Shown piece after piece: positions 46,124 through 56,028 of a DNA stretch of 64,000 nt (positions are counted from its first letter, which is position 1; every line of letters begins with the position of its first letter). Under the pieces are notes generated by a model. It did not search any database. It was given only the letters and a program-made list of their open reading frames with translations, and was not told the DNA's origin. The stretch lies in NCBI GenBank assembly GCA_020057405.1, contig JAGVFW010000011.1, positions 13,111 to 77,110 on the forward strand, read 5' to 3'. A program made the translations under genes and the position numbers. Source of the DNA: an archaeon (lineage in GTDB: Archaea > Micrarchaeota > Micrarchaeia > Norongarragalinales > UBA97).

Positions 46124-46561
46124 ATGGACGGCGAAAGCGCGCCAATCCGCTCTGAGAAGCCGCACCGCGAAACGGCACGGCATGCACTCGTCTCCGAATT
46201 GCTTGAAGGAAGTTTTGTGAAGGGCAGTGCTGAGGGCGAAGCCAATTTTATAGAGAGTGAGGCCGGCCGGTTTGCCCGCGTCTGCATAATCGGCACGGTT
46301 GTTGAACGAAAGTCTACTGAAGATGGGCCTGAACTTATTGTTGCTGACGCCACGGCCGAGATTTTAGTTCGGCCCGCCAACGATTTGGTCGCGTCTACGC
46401 TGCAAGGGCTTAATAAGGGCGCCGACGCTCTACTAATTGGGAAAGTGCGTGAGACGCGCGAGCGGTTTTTGCTCGCCGAAATCGCGCGGCCGCTTGAGGA
46501 CCCGAACTGGGAGGCCGCACATTTGCTCTCTGCCGCGCTCTCCAGGAAGAAATCGAAATGA
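46124..46561 (+). CDS. hypothetical OB-fold-like protein (145 aa)
   Basis: ORF 4 nt after the presenilin homolog; overlaps aIF2beta start by 4 nt. Confidence 0.35.
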   Translation: MDGESAPIRSEKPHRETARHALVSELLEGSFVKGSAEGEANFIESEAGRFARVCIIGTVVERKSTEDGPELIVADATAEILVRPANDLVASTLQGLNKGADALLIGKVRETRERFLLAEIARPLEDPNWEAAHLLSAALSRKKSK

Positions 46562-46974
46562 CTGACCTGCTCACTTACGACACCCTCTTAACCGGCGTTT
46601 ACGCCAAGCTGCCCAAGAAAAAAGCGCGCGCGGACCGGTTTGAAATCCCGATTGCTGACTCCATAGTCATCGGCATCCGCACGACTATAAAGAATTTTGA
46701 CGCAATCTGCGCCTACCTCCGCCGCCAGCCTGCTGACGTGGCCAAGTACTTTTTCAAGGAGCTCGCCGTGCCGGGCGTCATCGAGGGCCCGCGCCTGGTG
46801 CTTGCGGGCAAGTTTTCCAACCGCGCGATAAACGAGCGGCTGGCTGGTTTTGTCCGCGAGCGCGTGCTGTGCAAGGAGTGCGGCAAGCCCGACACCGAAC
46901 TTACGCAAATCGACCGCAACCTGTACTCGCTTAAGTGCGAGGCGTGCGGCGCAAAAGCGACGGTGCGCGTCTAA
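46558..46974 (+). CDS. eif2b: translation initiation factor 2 beta subunit (aIF-2beta)
   Basis: C-terminal zinc ribbon CKECGKPDT...CEACGA and family-typical N-terminal region. Confidence 0.85.
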   Translation: MTDLLTYDTLLTGVYAKLPKKKARADRFEIPIADSIVIGIRTTIKNFDAICAYLRRQPADVAKYFFKELAVPGVIEGPRLVLAGKFSNRAINERLAGFVRERVLCKECGKPDTELTQIDRNLYSLKCEACGAKATVRV

Positions 46975-46997
46975 GAAAGTTAATTAACAAAGCGTGA

Positions 46998-47375
46998 GTG
47001 AGATTATATCCGATGATTGCGAAAAAACCGTTTAAGAAGAAGCCCGCGTTCGTGCCGCGCATGCCATCAGGGGCGCCCATGACGCAGACGCAGATTGAGG
47101 AGCGCATCCGCACTCCAAAGCGCCACGAGGGAGAGATGTTCGCCATGGTAGTCGAGCAGAAGGGCGGTTCGCGCATGATTGTCCAGTGCGAGGACGGGAA
47201 AGAGCGCCTTGGCCGCATTCCTGGCCGCGTGAGAAAGCGTTTGTGGATAAAAGACGGCGATTACATCATCATCAAGCCCTGGGTAGTCGAGGCCGACGAG
47301 AAATGCGATTTGGAATACCGCTACACGCCAGTTCAGGCGGATTCCCTCAAGAGAAAGGGCATCATTCGCTTCTAG
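46998..47375 (+). CDS. eif1a: translation initiation factor 1A (aIF-1A)
   Basis: S1/OB core EGEMFAMVVEQKGGSRMIVQCEDGKERLGRIPGRVRKRLWIKDGDYIIIKPW; start may be the Met at 47013. Confidence 0.85.
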   Translation: MRLYPMIAKKPFKKKPAFVPRMPSGAPMTQTQIEERIRTPKRHEGEMFAMVVEQKGGSRMIVQCEDGKERLGRIPGRVRKRLWIKDGDYIIIKPWVVEADEKCDLEYRYTPVQADSLKRKGIIRF

Positions 47376-47390
47376 CTTTAAAGTGAGTCA

Positions 47391-48155
47391 ATGTGCGCAC
47401 TCAAGATAAGTAAACGCAAGCGCCCTGAACGCGAGGACAAGCCCCTAAAGGAACGGCTGAAAATCGCAGGGAAAGTGCTTGATGACCCGACTTTGATGGT
47501 GCTCGTCGGCTTCCTTAACGGGAAAGTCATCAAGAGCGTCGACTATCCCATCTCAAGCGGCAAGGAGGCGGTGGTTTTTCGCGCGACCACGCCAAAAGGC
47601 GAGTTTATTGCAGTCAAGGTATTCAAGTTCGAGACTAGCGCATTCCGCCACATGAGCGAGTACATCGAGGGCGACCCGCGCTTTCGGCACGTCAAGCGCC
47701 AGAGGCGGCCGCTTATACGGGAATGGGCAAGCAAGGAGTTCGCCAACCTGCGAAAGGCGTTTGAGGCGGGCGTGCCGTGCCCCGAGCCCATGCGGCTAAA
47801 GCAAAACGTGGTGCTCATGGAGTTTATCGGCGAGGGCGGCAGGCCTTACGCATTGCTTAACGAAGTGGTGCTAAGCGAGCCGGAGCAAATCTTCCGCGGG
47901 CTGATGGCGGATGTGAAAAAACTCTACTCAATTGGTTTGGTGCACGGGGACTTAAGCCCGTATAACATCATGCTGCGAGTGCGGGACGGCCGCGAGCAGC
48001 CGGTAATCATCGACTGGGGCCAGGGAGTCCTCCTCGAGCATCCGCGGGCAAAAGAATTTCTCGAGCGCGATGTTCGCACCGTCTGCGAGTTCTTCAAAAA
48101 GCAGGGAGTCGAGTGCGACGAACAAACCGAACTGCAACGCATTTTAAAGCAATAG
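47391..48155 (+). CDS. rio: RIO-type serine/threonine protein kinase
   Basis: ATP-binding AVKVFK, catalytic LVHGDLSPYNIM and IIDWGQGV motifs, RIO length. Confidence 0.8.
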   Translation: MCALKISKRKRPEREDKPLKERLKIAGKVLDDPTLMVLVGFLNGKVIKSVDYPISSGKEAVVFRATTPKGEFIAVKVFKFETSAFRHMSEYIEGDPRFRHVKRQRRPLIREWASKEFANLRKAFEAGVPCPEPMRLKQNVVLMEFIGEGGRPYALLNEVVLSEPEQIFRGLMADVKKLYSIGLVHGDLSPYNIMLRVRDGREQPVIIDWGQGVLLEHPRAKEFLERDVRTVCEFFKKQGVECDEQTELQRILKQ

Positions 48156-48904
48156 CCTCACATTACCAGAATGTGGAAAGCGAACTGCTCAAACGCGGCA
48201 ACTACCTGCTGAAGCGGGCTTCGGAAAACCCAACGCCAAACCACTACTTTGCCGGCCAGGCGCTTTACTACTTCACCATGGCCAACTCTAGGGAAGGAGC
48301 CAAGCAAGCAATTGCCGTGCTCAAGCGAAACTTGGGCCGCACAGGCGACTTTCCGCAACTCAAGGGAAAACTGGAGAAAAACGCCCAGGCGGTCGAACTC
48401 GCCGAATTGCCGAAAAAACTGATGCGCTACTACGACCTCTACGCAATCCATTTTGACAAGATTGCTGAAGCATCACGAAAACTAGTCATGTTTCCAGTTG
48501 AAAGCGAGAAACTCCAAGAACTGGAGCGGCTTGAAGGTTCAAGGCCAAAGCTAAATCAGCCGGCCTTTGAAATCCTGATGAGGCAAATTGAAGACCAGCA
48601 GGCCAGAAAACAAGGCTGGGACACCAAAGCAACTTCAAGCGCACTCGCAAAGAGAGCGGAAACCAACGCGGACGCAGATGCAGTCGCCACTGCAACCAAG
48701 CTATTAATGGGCGAGCGGCTGGCCAGCGCACAACAAATTGCCATGGAACTGCAGGCCAACGGCCTTCACTTTGATGACGCGAAACTGGTTGGCGATGCAT
48801 TCATGAGCCTAATTGGCGACGGCAGGGCGCTAGTGCAAAACAGTGCCGCCCGGCTGCACGCCAGCCACCTATACCGCACGCTGCGTGGGGTAAAGGGCGG
48901 TTAG
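48113..48904 (+). CDS. hypothetical protein (start uncertain; overlaps rio end by 43 nt)
   Basis: ORF in the rio-KH synteny gap; a later Met start near 48278 is possible. Confidence 0.4.
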   Translation: MRRTNRTATHFKAIASHYQNVESELLKRGNYLLKRASENPTPNHYFAGQALYYFTMANSREGAKQAIAVLKRNLGRTGDFPQLKGKLEKNAQAVELAELPKKLMRYYDLYAIHFDKIAEASRKLVMFPVESEKLQELERLEGSRPKLNQPAFEILMRQIEDQQARKQGWDTKATSSALAKRAETNADADAVATATKLLMGERLASAQQIAMELQANGLHFDDAKLVGDAFMSLIGDGRALVQNSAARLHASHLYRTLRGVKGG

Positions 48905-48987
48905 AGGGGCCTGAAACGCCATTTTTCGCTGTTTGGCCGATTGTGCGACGGGCAGGCTATTTAAGGCTTTAGAGGGTAACTAGTAGC

Positions 48988-49530
48988 ATGAGAGTTTTTG
49001 TCCTGCCCACCAAGCGCCTTGAGCGCTTGAAGAAAGATAGCGGCCGCGCGCTCAAGGATTTGGAGAAGAAGGGCGGAGTCAAGATTGCCGTAAAGGAAGA
49101 AGGCGATTACGCAACGCTAGAGATTACCGGGGAAAGCGAGGGAGAGTGGGTGGCGGGCCAAGTGCTTGCCGCAATAGACTTGGGATTCCAACCAAAACAA
49201 GCGCTAAAGCTCTTTGGCGAAAACATCTACCTTGAGACGATTGACCTTGGCGAGGCAATGCATGGCAAGGAAAACGCGGTGACGCGCATGAAGTCGAGGA
49301 TCATCGGCTCGGAAGGCCGCATTAGAAAAGCGCTTGAGGAATTAAGCGAGGCTGCAATTGCAATCAGCGACGACTCGCGCGTGGGGTTGCTTGGCGGTTT
49401 TGAGGAAGTTAAGGCCGCAAAGGAAGCCGTTTTGCGCCTCCTTGAGGGAAACCAGCACGGCGGGGTCATCACCTACCTTCGCAACGAAAAGAGAAAACGC
49501 GAGGCCCAATCGCTTGGAATCAAGCTGTAA
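48988..49530 (+). CDS. KH-domain RNA-binding protein
   Basis: Two KH-like GxxG segments (IIGSEGRIRKAL); conserved neighbour of rio in archaea. Confidence 0.65.
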   Translation: MRVFVLPTKRLERLKKDSGRALKDLEKKGGVKIAVKEEGDYATLEITGESEGEWVAGQVLAAIDLGFQPKQALKLFGENIYLETIDLGEAMHGKENAVTRMKSRIIGSEGRIRKALEELSEAAIAISDDSRVGLLGGFEEVKAAKEAVLRLLEGNQHGGVITYLRNEKRKREAQSLGIKL

Positions 49531-49626
49531 ACCGTGAGCCTTTCGAATGCGCAAAGGTTTTAATGCTTTAAGCGACTAACCGTGTTTGACTCGCCTAAAG
49601 TCTTGACGCGATTTTGAAGCAATCAA

Positions 49627-51309
49627 GTGACTAGAATGGCAAAGAAGACCGAAGAAGAACGCGTGATTTCAGCTGACGAGCTGTCAAAAGAGTTCAAGGA
49701 ATACAGCGTAGCCGAGTTCTTCAAACGCAACCGCCAGATGCTTGGCTACACGGGCAAGGTGCGCTCGCTAACTACCGCAGTGCACGAGTACGTCACCAAC
49801 AGCCTCGACGCCTGCGAAGACAGTAAAGTTCTCCCCGACATCCTCGTTGAAGTCCATTCCTTTGAAAACGGCCACGTCCGCGTCATTGTCGAGGACAACG
49901 GCACGGGCATTCCGAAAAAGAACGTAGGCCAAGCACTGGGCAAGCTCTTGGCCGGCACGAAATTCATGAAGCGCCAGCAAAAGCGCGGACAACAGGGTAT
50001 TGGCGCCTCGTACGCAACCCTCTTCGGCCAAATTACGACCGGCAAGGAAACGCACGTCAAGACGAGCTTAGGCGACGGCAGCGTTTACGAGTGCGACGTG
50101 AGTGTTGACATCAACAAGAACGACCCGCAAATCCGCAATGAAAAAGAGGCGCGCGGCAACTTTAGAGGCACGCGCATTGAAGCCGAGTTTGCTGAAGTCG
50201 AGTACAACCGGTCAACTTACGGCGTTTACGAATACCTCCGCCGCACTGCAGTTGCCAACCCCCACGCTCAAATCACTCTAGTCGAGCCCAACAAGGAAAT
50301 CACAGTCTTCCCGCGGGCGACTAAAAACATTCCAAAGAAGGCAAGGGAAGTCTTGCCCCACCCCCTCGGCATCACCACAAGCGACTTAGTCGACATGGCG
50401 CGCGTCACCAAGGGCCGCAAGATAGCCTCTTTCCTCCAAAGCGATTTCTCGCGCCTGAGCGCCGAGAAAGTCAAGGAAATCGCTTCAATGTGCCCCGGTG
50501 TTGACCTCGAGCGCGCACCATCGGCACTCACTTGGCCAGAAGCAGAGAAGGTCGTCAACGCCATGCAGAAAATCAAGTGGATTGCACCCGAGATGGACGC
50601 ACTGCAGCCCATTGGCTTAGTCGAGCTTGAAAAAAGCCTCAAGAACTTGCTGGCACCAGAGCGCTTAAAGGTAGTCGAGCGGCCGCCCAAGACCTTCCGA
50701 GGCGGCATCCCGTTCATGGTTGAAGCCGCAATCGCCTACGGCGGCAAGTCCGGAACAATCGGCAGTGCCGACGGCAGCGGCGCAGGCAAGGGCGAAGTCC
50801 TCCGCTACGCCAACCGCACGCCACTCTTGTTTGACGCAGGCGCCTGCGCAACAATGGAATCAGTAAAGACCATTGACTGGAACCGCTACGACCTGAAAAA
50901 CTGGGAGGACATGCAGGTCAGCATCTTCATCAACTTTACTAGCGTCTACGTCCCCTACACTGGCGCGGGCAAGCTTGCAATCGCCCAGGAAGAGGAGATT
51001 GTGCTCGAAATCCGAAACGCGCTCATGGAATGCGCCCGCGATGTCGCGACTTACCTCCACAGCGTGCGCCGTGGCGAGGAACAGGAAGCCCGCAGGCAGA
51101 TTTTCTTCCGTTACATCGGCGAAGTAGCAGAATCGCTTCACGACATCACCGGCAAGTCCAAAGTAGAGCTTGAAGGCAAGCTGCGTAAGATCGCCGAGGA
51201 AAAGACGAGCATACTCGAACAACAGGATGACGAGGCTGAAATGGAAGAGCTGGACAAGATTGAGAAAGCCGCGTCCAAGGCAATGAAGGACGAAGGCGAA
51301 GAGGAGTAG
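49627..51309 (+). CDS. top6B: DNA topoisomerase VI subunit B
   Basis: GHKL/Bergerat fold motifs EYVTNSLDA, VEDNGTGIP, GQQGIG; acidic C-terminus. Confidence 0.9.
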   Translation: MTRMAKKTEEERVISADELSKEFKEYSVAEFFKRNRQMLGYTGKVRSLTTAVHEYVTNSLDACEDSKVLPDILVEVHSFENGHVRVIVEDNGTGIPKKNVGQALGKLLAGTKFMKRQQKRGQQGIGASYATLFGQITTGKETHVKTSLGDGSVYECDVSVDINKNDPQIRNEKEARGNFRGTRIEAEFAEVEYNRSTYGVYEYLRRTAVANPHAQITLVEPNKEITVFPRATKNIPKKAREVLPHPLGITTSDLVDMARVTKGRKIASFLQSDFSRLSAEKVKEIASMCPGVDLERAPSALTWPEAEKVVNAMQKIKWIAPEMDALQPIGLVELEKSLKNLLAPERLKVVERPPKTFRGGIPFMVEAAIAYGGKSGTIGSADGSGAGKGEVLRYANRTPLLFDAGACATMESVKTIDWNRYDLKNWEDMQVSIFINFTSVYVPYTGAGKLAIAQEEEIVLEIRNALMECARDVATYLHSVRRGEEQEARRQIFFRYIGEVAESLHDITGKSKVELEGKLRKIAEEKTSILEQQDDEAEMEELDKIEKAASKAMKDEGEEE

Positions 51310-51317
51310 GGTTTCCC

Positions 51318-52451
51318 ATGGTCATAGCAGAAAAGAACAACAAGGAAAAGCTCAAAGCCAGCCGCGACGAGATTCTTGAAAAAATCAAGCGCACCGGCGA
51401 GAAGCTAATAAAAGAGATTGACAAGGGCGACAACCCGGCACTAGAAATTCCAGTGCGCGGCAGCAGAAACGTCGAGTTCGACGAGAAAAACAAAAAACTC
51501 GTGCTAGGCGACAAGATTGCCCACCGCTACCTCTTCAACGTCGGACACGCCAAGAAATTCATGCAAACCATGCTCGTCGCGAGCTACGTCAAGAAGGATT
51601 TGCTTGAGAACAACCTGACGGCGACTCTCCGGGACCTTTACTACGCGAAAAAGCGCACAATCGCTGGCACCAAGGAAGAAACAATCGAGGAACAAAAAGA
51701 GTCCGACTTGGCCATTGTCGACTTTGAAGTCTCGCTCGACACTTTCCGCGAAAAGCTCCACCTGCGCGCTGAACCAAAAGGCCGCATCGCAGGCGACATG
51801 GTAGTCACCGATAGGGTGCGCGACAAGGTCGACTCAATTGACCTTTCGCGAATGGGCTCCGGCGGATGGGCAGTGCCCTCAATTGTCGAACAAATCGAAT
51901 TCAAGGACGTTGGTGCCGAATACGTGCTCGTTGCCGAGAAAAACGCGCTCTTCGATAGGCTTAACGAGGACGAGTACTGGAAGAAGAACAAGTGCATGGT
52001 GATGACGACTGCCGGCCAGGCGGCCCGCGGCGCAAGGCGCTTCCTCCAGAGGCTAAACGAGGAACTCGGCTTGCCGGTCTACATCCTCACCGACGCAGAC
52101 CCCTACGGTTGGTACATCTACTCGACCATGAAGTACGGCTCAATGGCACTTGCCCACGAGAGCGACCGTCTTGGATGCCCCAACGCACACTTCATCGGCA
52201 TGAGCATCAGCGACATCGAGCACTACGACCTGCGCTCGGTGACAATCAAGGCAAAGGACGTTGACATCAAGCGCGCAGAAGAAATGAAGGAATACGAGTG
52301 GTTCAAGAGCAAGCCCTGGCAAGTCGAAATCAACAAGTTTCTTGAAAAGAAAATTAAGGCCGAAATCCAGGCACTCAGCTCCAAGAGCCTGCAGTACGTG
52401 TCAAACACTTACCTGCCCGAAAAAATCGCGAACAAGGACTTCCTGCCTTAA
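51318..52451 (+). CDS. top6A: DNA topoisomerase VI subunit A (Spo11 homolog)
   Basis: Spo11/Top6A 5Y-CAP and Toprim regions (RDLYYA, YVLVAEKNALF, LTDADPYG); 9 nt after top6B. Confidence 0.9.
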   Translation: MVIAEKNNKEKLKASRDEILEKIKRTGEKLIKEIDKGDNPALEIPVRGSRNVEFDEKNKKLVLGDKIAHRYLFNVGHAKKFMQTMLVASYVKKDLLENNLTATLRDLYYAKKRTIAGTKEETIEEQKESDLAIVDFEVSLDTFREKLHLRAEPKGRIAGDMVVTDRVRDKVDSIDLSRMGSGGWAVPSIVEQIEFKDVGAEYVLVAEKNALFDRLNEDEYWKKNKCMVMTTAGQAARGARRFLQRLNEELGLPVYILTDADPYGWYIYSTMKYGSMALAHESDRLGCPNAHFIGMSISDIEHYDLRSVTIKAKDVDIKRAEEMKEYEWFKSKPWQVEINKFLEKKIKAEIQALSSKSLQYVSNTYLPEKIANKDFLP

Positions 52452-52460
52452 GGTGCTAGC

Positions 52461-53096
52461 GTGCCAAAATTCGCCGCAGTTCTCTTTGACTTCGACGGCA
52501 CGCTCGTTGAGACGCACGACTACATTCTCGGCGCTTACAACCACGCGCTGGCTTCGATTGGAAAGCCCAAAATAGACCTGGAATTCCTTTCAAAGTGGGC
52601 AGGCGTGCCCCTTGACTCGGTCTTCCGCAAGAACGGATTTACTGAAGCGGAAATCGAGGCGCTAACCCTGAGCTTTTACGAATTCCAGAAGGCCAACCTC
52701 GGCCTCGTAAAGGCATTTCCGGAAACAAAGCGCGTGCTTGTCGAGCTTGAGGGTCGCGGGGTGAAAGTGGGCATCGTCACTGCGAGAAAGACGCGCAGCA
52801 CGAAGATGATGCTGGAACACACGGGCCTTGGCAAATTCATCAAGGAAATAATCGCGCCAGACAACTTCAACAAGAACAAGCCCTCGCCAGAACCATTCCT
52901 CGAGTGCGCGCGCCTGCTTGGCGTAACTGCAAAAGAGTGCCTCGTTGTCGGTGACGGGTGCGCCGACATTGTAGGCGGCCACGACGCTGGAATGAAGACC
53001 GCCTTGGCCGAATACGGCTACGGCGCTGCACACGAATGCCACCAAAAGCCCGACTTCATACTCAAGAGCGTCGCTGACGTGCTCAAGCTAATTTAA
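52461..53096 (+). CDS. HAD-family phosphatase (phosphoglycolate phosphatase/beta-PGM-like)
   Basis: Motif I FDFDGTL, motif II VTAR, motif III K..P, motif IV GDGCAD. Confidence 0.8.
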   Translation: MPKFAAVLFDFDGTLVETHDYILGAYNHALASIGKPKIDLEFLSKWAGVPLDSVFRKNGFTEAEIEALTLSFYEFQKANLGLVKAFPETKRVLVELEGRGVKVGIVTARKTRSTKMMLEHTGLGKFIKEIIAPDNFNKNKPSPEPFLECARLLGVTAKECLVVGDGCADIVGGHDAGMKTALAEYGYGAAHECHQKPDFILKSVADVLKLI

Positions 53097-53154
53097 AAGA
53101 AAAATTGAGGCGGGCGAATGCGCCCTTGCCCTGTCGCTTGGGAAACTAAATTGC

Positions 53155-53976
53155 TTAGCGGCGCTTGCGTCTGGCGCTCTTCTTGGATGCCGAAACGCGA
53201 ACTTTCGAAGCCGCCTTCCTGCCGCCCTTCTGCTCCTTGGTGAACTCGTGGTACGAGTAGACGATGAGGAAGACCACTGCAACTAGCACGGGACCGATGG
53301 CAAGCAGAAACGACCACTTGGGAAAGACCAGGCCAAAGAGGGCGATGATGCCTGCGGCTTTAAAGAGCCGACTTGCAATTGCATGAGTCTTGTCCCAGAC
53401 GTGATCGCTTGAAAGAGTCCACGGCGTGCGGACGCCGACGAAGTAGTTGCGCTTGGAGTCCGCCATCATCACGCCCACCTGGTAGAAAATGGCGGCTAAA
53501 GCGATTGGCATTGTCGCAAGCGGACTTAAGGGCTTGCCGAAGTTCCAGAGAATGTAGAGCTGGATGAAGAGCATGGCGATAACAAGCGAGAGTATGATGA
53601 AGAAGGCGTCAAGGTCGTTGCGGAACGCCTCGATTGCCTTGTGGCGCGGGTCAATGCGAGGGATGAGCACGAGGAGAATGAAGACGAAGAGGATTACGAC
53701 CGGCATGAGAAAGACGGTCCAGCTATCCGCATAGCTGTTTACAGCGCCGTTAGCATCCCAGTGGCTGGCGATTACCGGAGGAAGCAGCGGATAAGCCCAA
53801 ACTGCAATTGCAAAACAAGCAAGCGTAACCAACAAAACAGCGTTTTCAGCGAACCTCAAGCCAATCCCCTCGTAAGACTCAGGCACCAGGGCAATAAAAA
53901 GCATTTGAAAGACGCTTAGTGGCCCCGTAGAACGGAATAAAAACCATTCCCGACCTATAATTGTTGAGAGCAACAC
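53155..53976 (-). CDS. SdpI/YhfL-family (DUF1648) membrane protein
   Basis: Multi-TM with IPRIDP and NYFVGVRTPWTL signature; basic C-terminal tail. Confidence 0.5.
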   Translation of the reverse strand: MLLSTIIGREWFLFRSTGPLSVFQMLFIALVPESYEGIGLRFAENAVLLVTLACFAIAVWAYPLLPPVIASHWDANGAVNSYADSWTVFLMPVVILFVFILLVLIPRIDPRHKAIEAFRNDLDAFFIILSLVIAMLFIQLYILWNFGKPLSPLATMPIALAAIFYQVGVMMADSKRNYFVGVRTPWTLSSDHVWDKTHAIASRLFKAAGIIALFGLVFPKWSFLLAIGPVLVAVVFLIVYSYHEFTKEQKGGRKAASKVRVSASKKSARRKRR

Positions 53977-53989
53977 TACTAATTCTAGT

Positions 53990-54062
53990 GCCTCGGTAGC
54001 TCAGCTGGTAGAGCGCCTGGCTGTTAACCAGGATGTCGCAGGTTCGAGTCCTGCCCGGGGCG
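53990..54062 (+). tRNA. tRNA-Asn(GTT)
   Basis: 73-nt cloverleaf: acceptor GCCTCGG/CCGGGGC, D-arm GCTC-AGCTGGTAGA-GCGC, anticodon arm CCTGG-CTGTTAA-CCAGG, T-arm GCAGG-TTCGAGT-CCTGC; TATAATT box ~31 nt upstream. Confidence 0.9.
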
Positions 54063-54192
54063 CTTCTTCTCGAAGTATTAGCGCCGGTTTGAAGTGTTCT
54101 TTGGGCCGGCAAGTCACGGCCGCGAGCATGATTTGGGGGCGGTGGGACAGTATGCGTTATTTTGGCAAAACTTCTGGGGACGCACTGGCTAG

Positions 54193-55890
54193 CTAATTGA
54201 TTTGGTCCCGGAGGGGCAGCAGGCCCAAGTGCAGTACGGCTCCGCGGAAAGTTCCGTGGACTGCGGCCACGCCGCCGTAGAAGTACGGATTTGCCTCATC
54301 TACTACCAGGTCAGCGTAGGTGCCGTCCGCCCTGCCTCCCCAGTACGCCGGCATTGAAGTGGGGTTGGCGGCCTTCTCGAAGATTCCGAGCATTGCAAAA
54401 CTGCGGCCCTGGCCCTGATTGTACCACGAGCCGCTTGCGTAAACCTTGGTAGGCGTCACTACCAGCGAATCGAACGAAGGCCGGTATGTAGTCTGCAATT
54501 GGACTGTTCTTTGGAGGTTCAAGTTTGAAAGGTTGGCCGCGTCAAGCACGAGCACGATCGAACCGCCGGCCGCGTAGATTGTGTTCCCGTCAACCACCAT
54601 GTCCTTGAAGATGGCGCGGTTGAACCGGGTGTTCGGGTAAGTGGCAATTTGCTCAAGTGATGGCGAGAAGACCGCCACGCTCGGGTCGTCGTAAGTTCCC
54701 CTCACCCACGAGACGATTAAGTGCTCGTCCTTTACGGCAAACCCGTATAAGTTGCTAGAGTAGCTCAAGTCGCCGACTACGCTCACGGCGTTGGGGTTGC
54801 TTATGTCTATTTTCTTGAGCGAGCGGAGGAAGCTTACGTAAGCGAAGTTGCCCGAAAGCGCGATGTCGAAACTCCCGTAGCCGTCACTGGCCGGGATTGT
54901 GCTCAGCGGGCCCGACAGCGTGCCGTTGGGGAAGAACTTCAGCACGACGAAGCCCGTCCTTGTCGCGCCGTAGACGTACTCGCCGTCTGGAGAAAGCTTG
55001 AGCTTGTTGAAAGTGAAGTTATTGGCTGCAGACCTTACGACTGGCGGGAACAAGTAAGACCCAAAGTCCAGGCGCGTGGAATTCAGGCGATAGACGTCAA
55101 TTCCACTGAAAGATTTGCCTACCAACAGCATTTGCGTCGGCGCGTAATACTCGAGCGCGCCGCCTCCTGGCAGCGCCTCGCTCAGCTGAAACACGCCGGG
55201 AGGCGGTGTTGGTAAAGGAGAGGAAGCCGGAGTGGGGGTTGGCGTTGCGGCAGGGCTCGCAGTCGGGGTTGCGGAAACAGTCGGGCTTGCAACCGGAGTA
55301 GCGGAGGGAGTCGCGGTGCTTTCCGGTGAGGGAGTTGGGATTGTAGTTGGCGCCTCAGGCGTCGCAGTAGCTGCGAAAACCGTTGCTTGCGCGCTTGCCG
55401 CGGGAGCCGGACTTGCGTCCGCACTCCTGAAGAGTTGCAGTCTTCGTCCTATTTCGTCTTTCAGGATTCCATCGCACTTGTCAAGGTATTGTTCTGCCGT
55501 GAGGAAGAGGGGATCGTCAAGGCGGTTGGCTTCAAGCCGCGCGATTTCACAGTCCATTGTTGCCAGCGAGAACAGCGGTCTTGCTTCCTCGAGTTCCCTT
55601 CGCGTCTCCTCGCTTGCACGCTCGGGCAGCGTCATGTCCCGCAACTGGATGAAAAGGTTGCAGGTAGTTTCACTGCCTTGCTTGGCAGTGATTTCCGCAT
55701 AGACCGTCACGCCTGCCAGTGTGACTGTTGCCTTGGCGGGGCCGCAGCTTGCCTGCGTCTGTTCCTTCAGGCAACTGATGCTGTTGGCACAGTCGCGGAA
55801 ATCCACTCCAGTCTGCTGCTGCACGCAGCCTGCAATGACTAAGGCTATTGCGGCCAGGAGGCAAAATATTTTTTTCATCAGCCTTTTCAT
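54193..55890 (-). CDS. secreted protein with Pro/Thr/Ala-rich linker and C-terminal repeated beta-strand (beta-propeller-like) domain
   Basis: Signal anchor MKRLMKKIFCLLAAIALVIAGC; PTTIPTPSPESTATPSATPVASPTVSATPTASPAATPTPTP linker; recurrent hydrophobic-repeat units (YVYGATRTGFVVL, FAYVSFL, IYAAGGSIVLVL). Confidence 0.5.
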   Translation of the reverse strand: MKRLMKKIFCLLAAIALVIAGCVQQQTGVDFRDCANSISCLKEQTQASCGPAKATVTLAGVTVYAEITAKQGSETTCNLFIQLRDMTLPERASEETRRELEEARPLFSLATMDCEIARLEANRLDDPLFLTAEQYLDKCDGILKDEIGRRLQLFRSADASPAPAASAQATVFAATATPEAPTTIPTPSPESTATPSATPVASPTVSATPTASPAATPTPTPASSPLPTPPPGVFQLSEALPGGGALEYYAPTQMLLVGKSFSGIDVYRLNSTRLDFGSYLFPPVVRSAANNFTFNKLKLSPDGEYVYGATRTGFVVLKFFPNGTLSGPLSTIPASDGYGSFDIALSGNFAYVSFLRSLKKIDISNPNAVSVVGDLSYSSNLYGFAVKDEHLIVSWVRGTYDDPSVAVFSPSLEQIATYPNTRFNRAIFKDMVVDGNTIYAAGGSIVLVLDAANLSNLNLQRTVQLQTTYRPSFDSLVVTPTKVYASGSWYNQGQGRSFAMLGIFEKAANPTSMPAYWGGRADGTYADLVVDEANPYFYGGVAAVHGTFRGAVLHLGLLPLRDQIN

Positions 55891-56028
55891 TAACCAACCG
55901 CCATTTAAAAACTCGCTCTCAGGGGGCTCGGCTGTCCTTTCACTAAAGACATCTGGGCCTGGTCTTGGCTCTGGTGGGGGGTATCCGCCTTATTTCATTT
56001 GCTTTAAATAAAAGAAAGGCATTACAGG

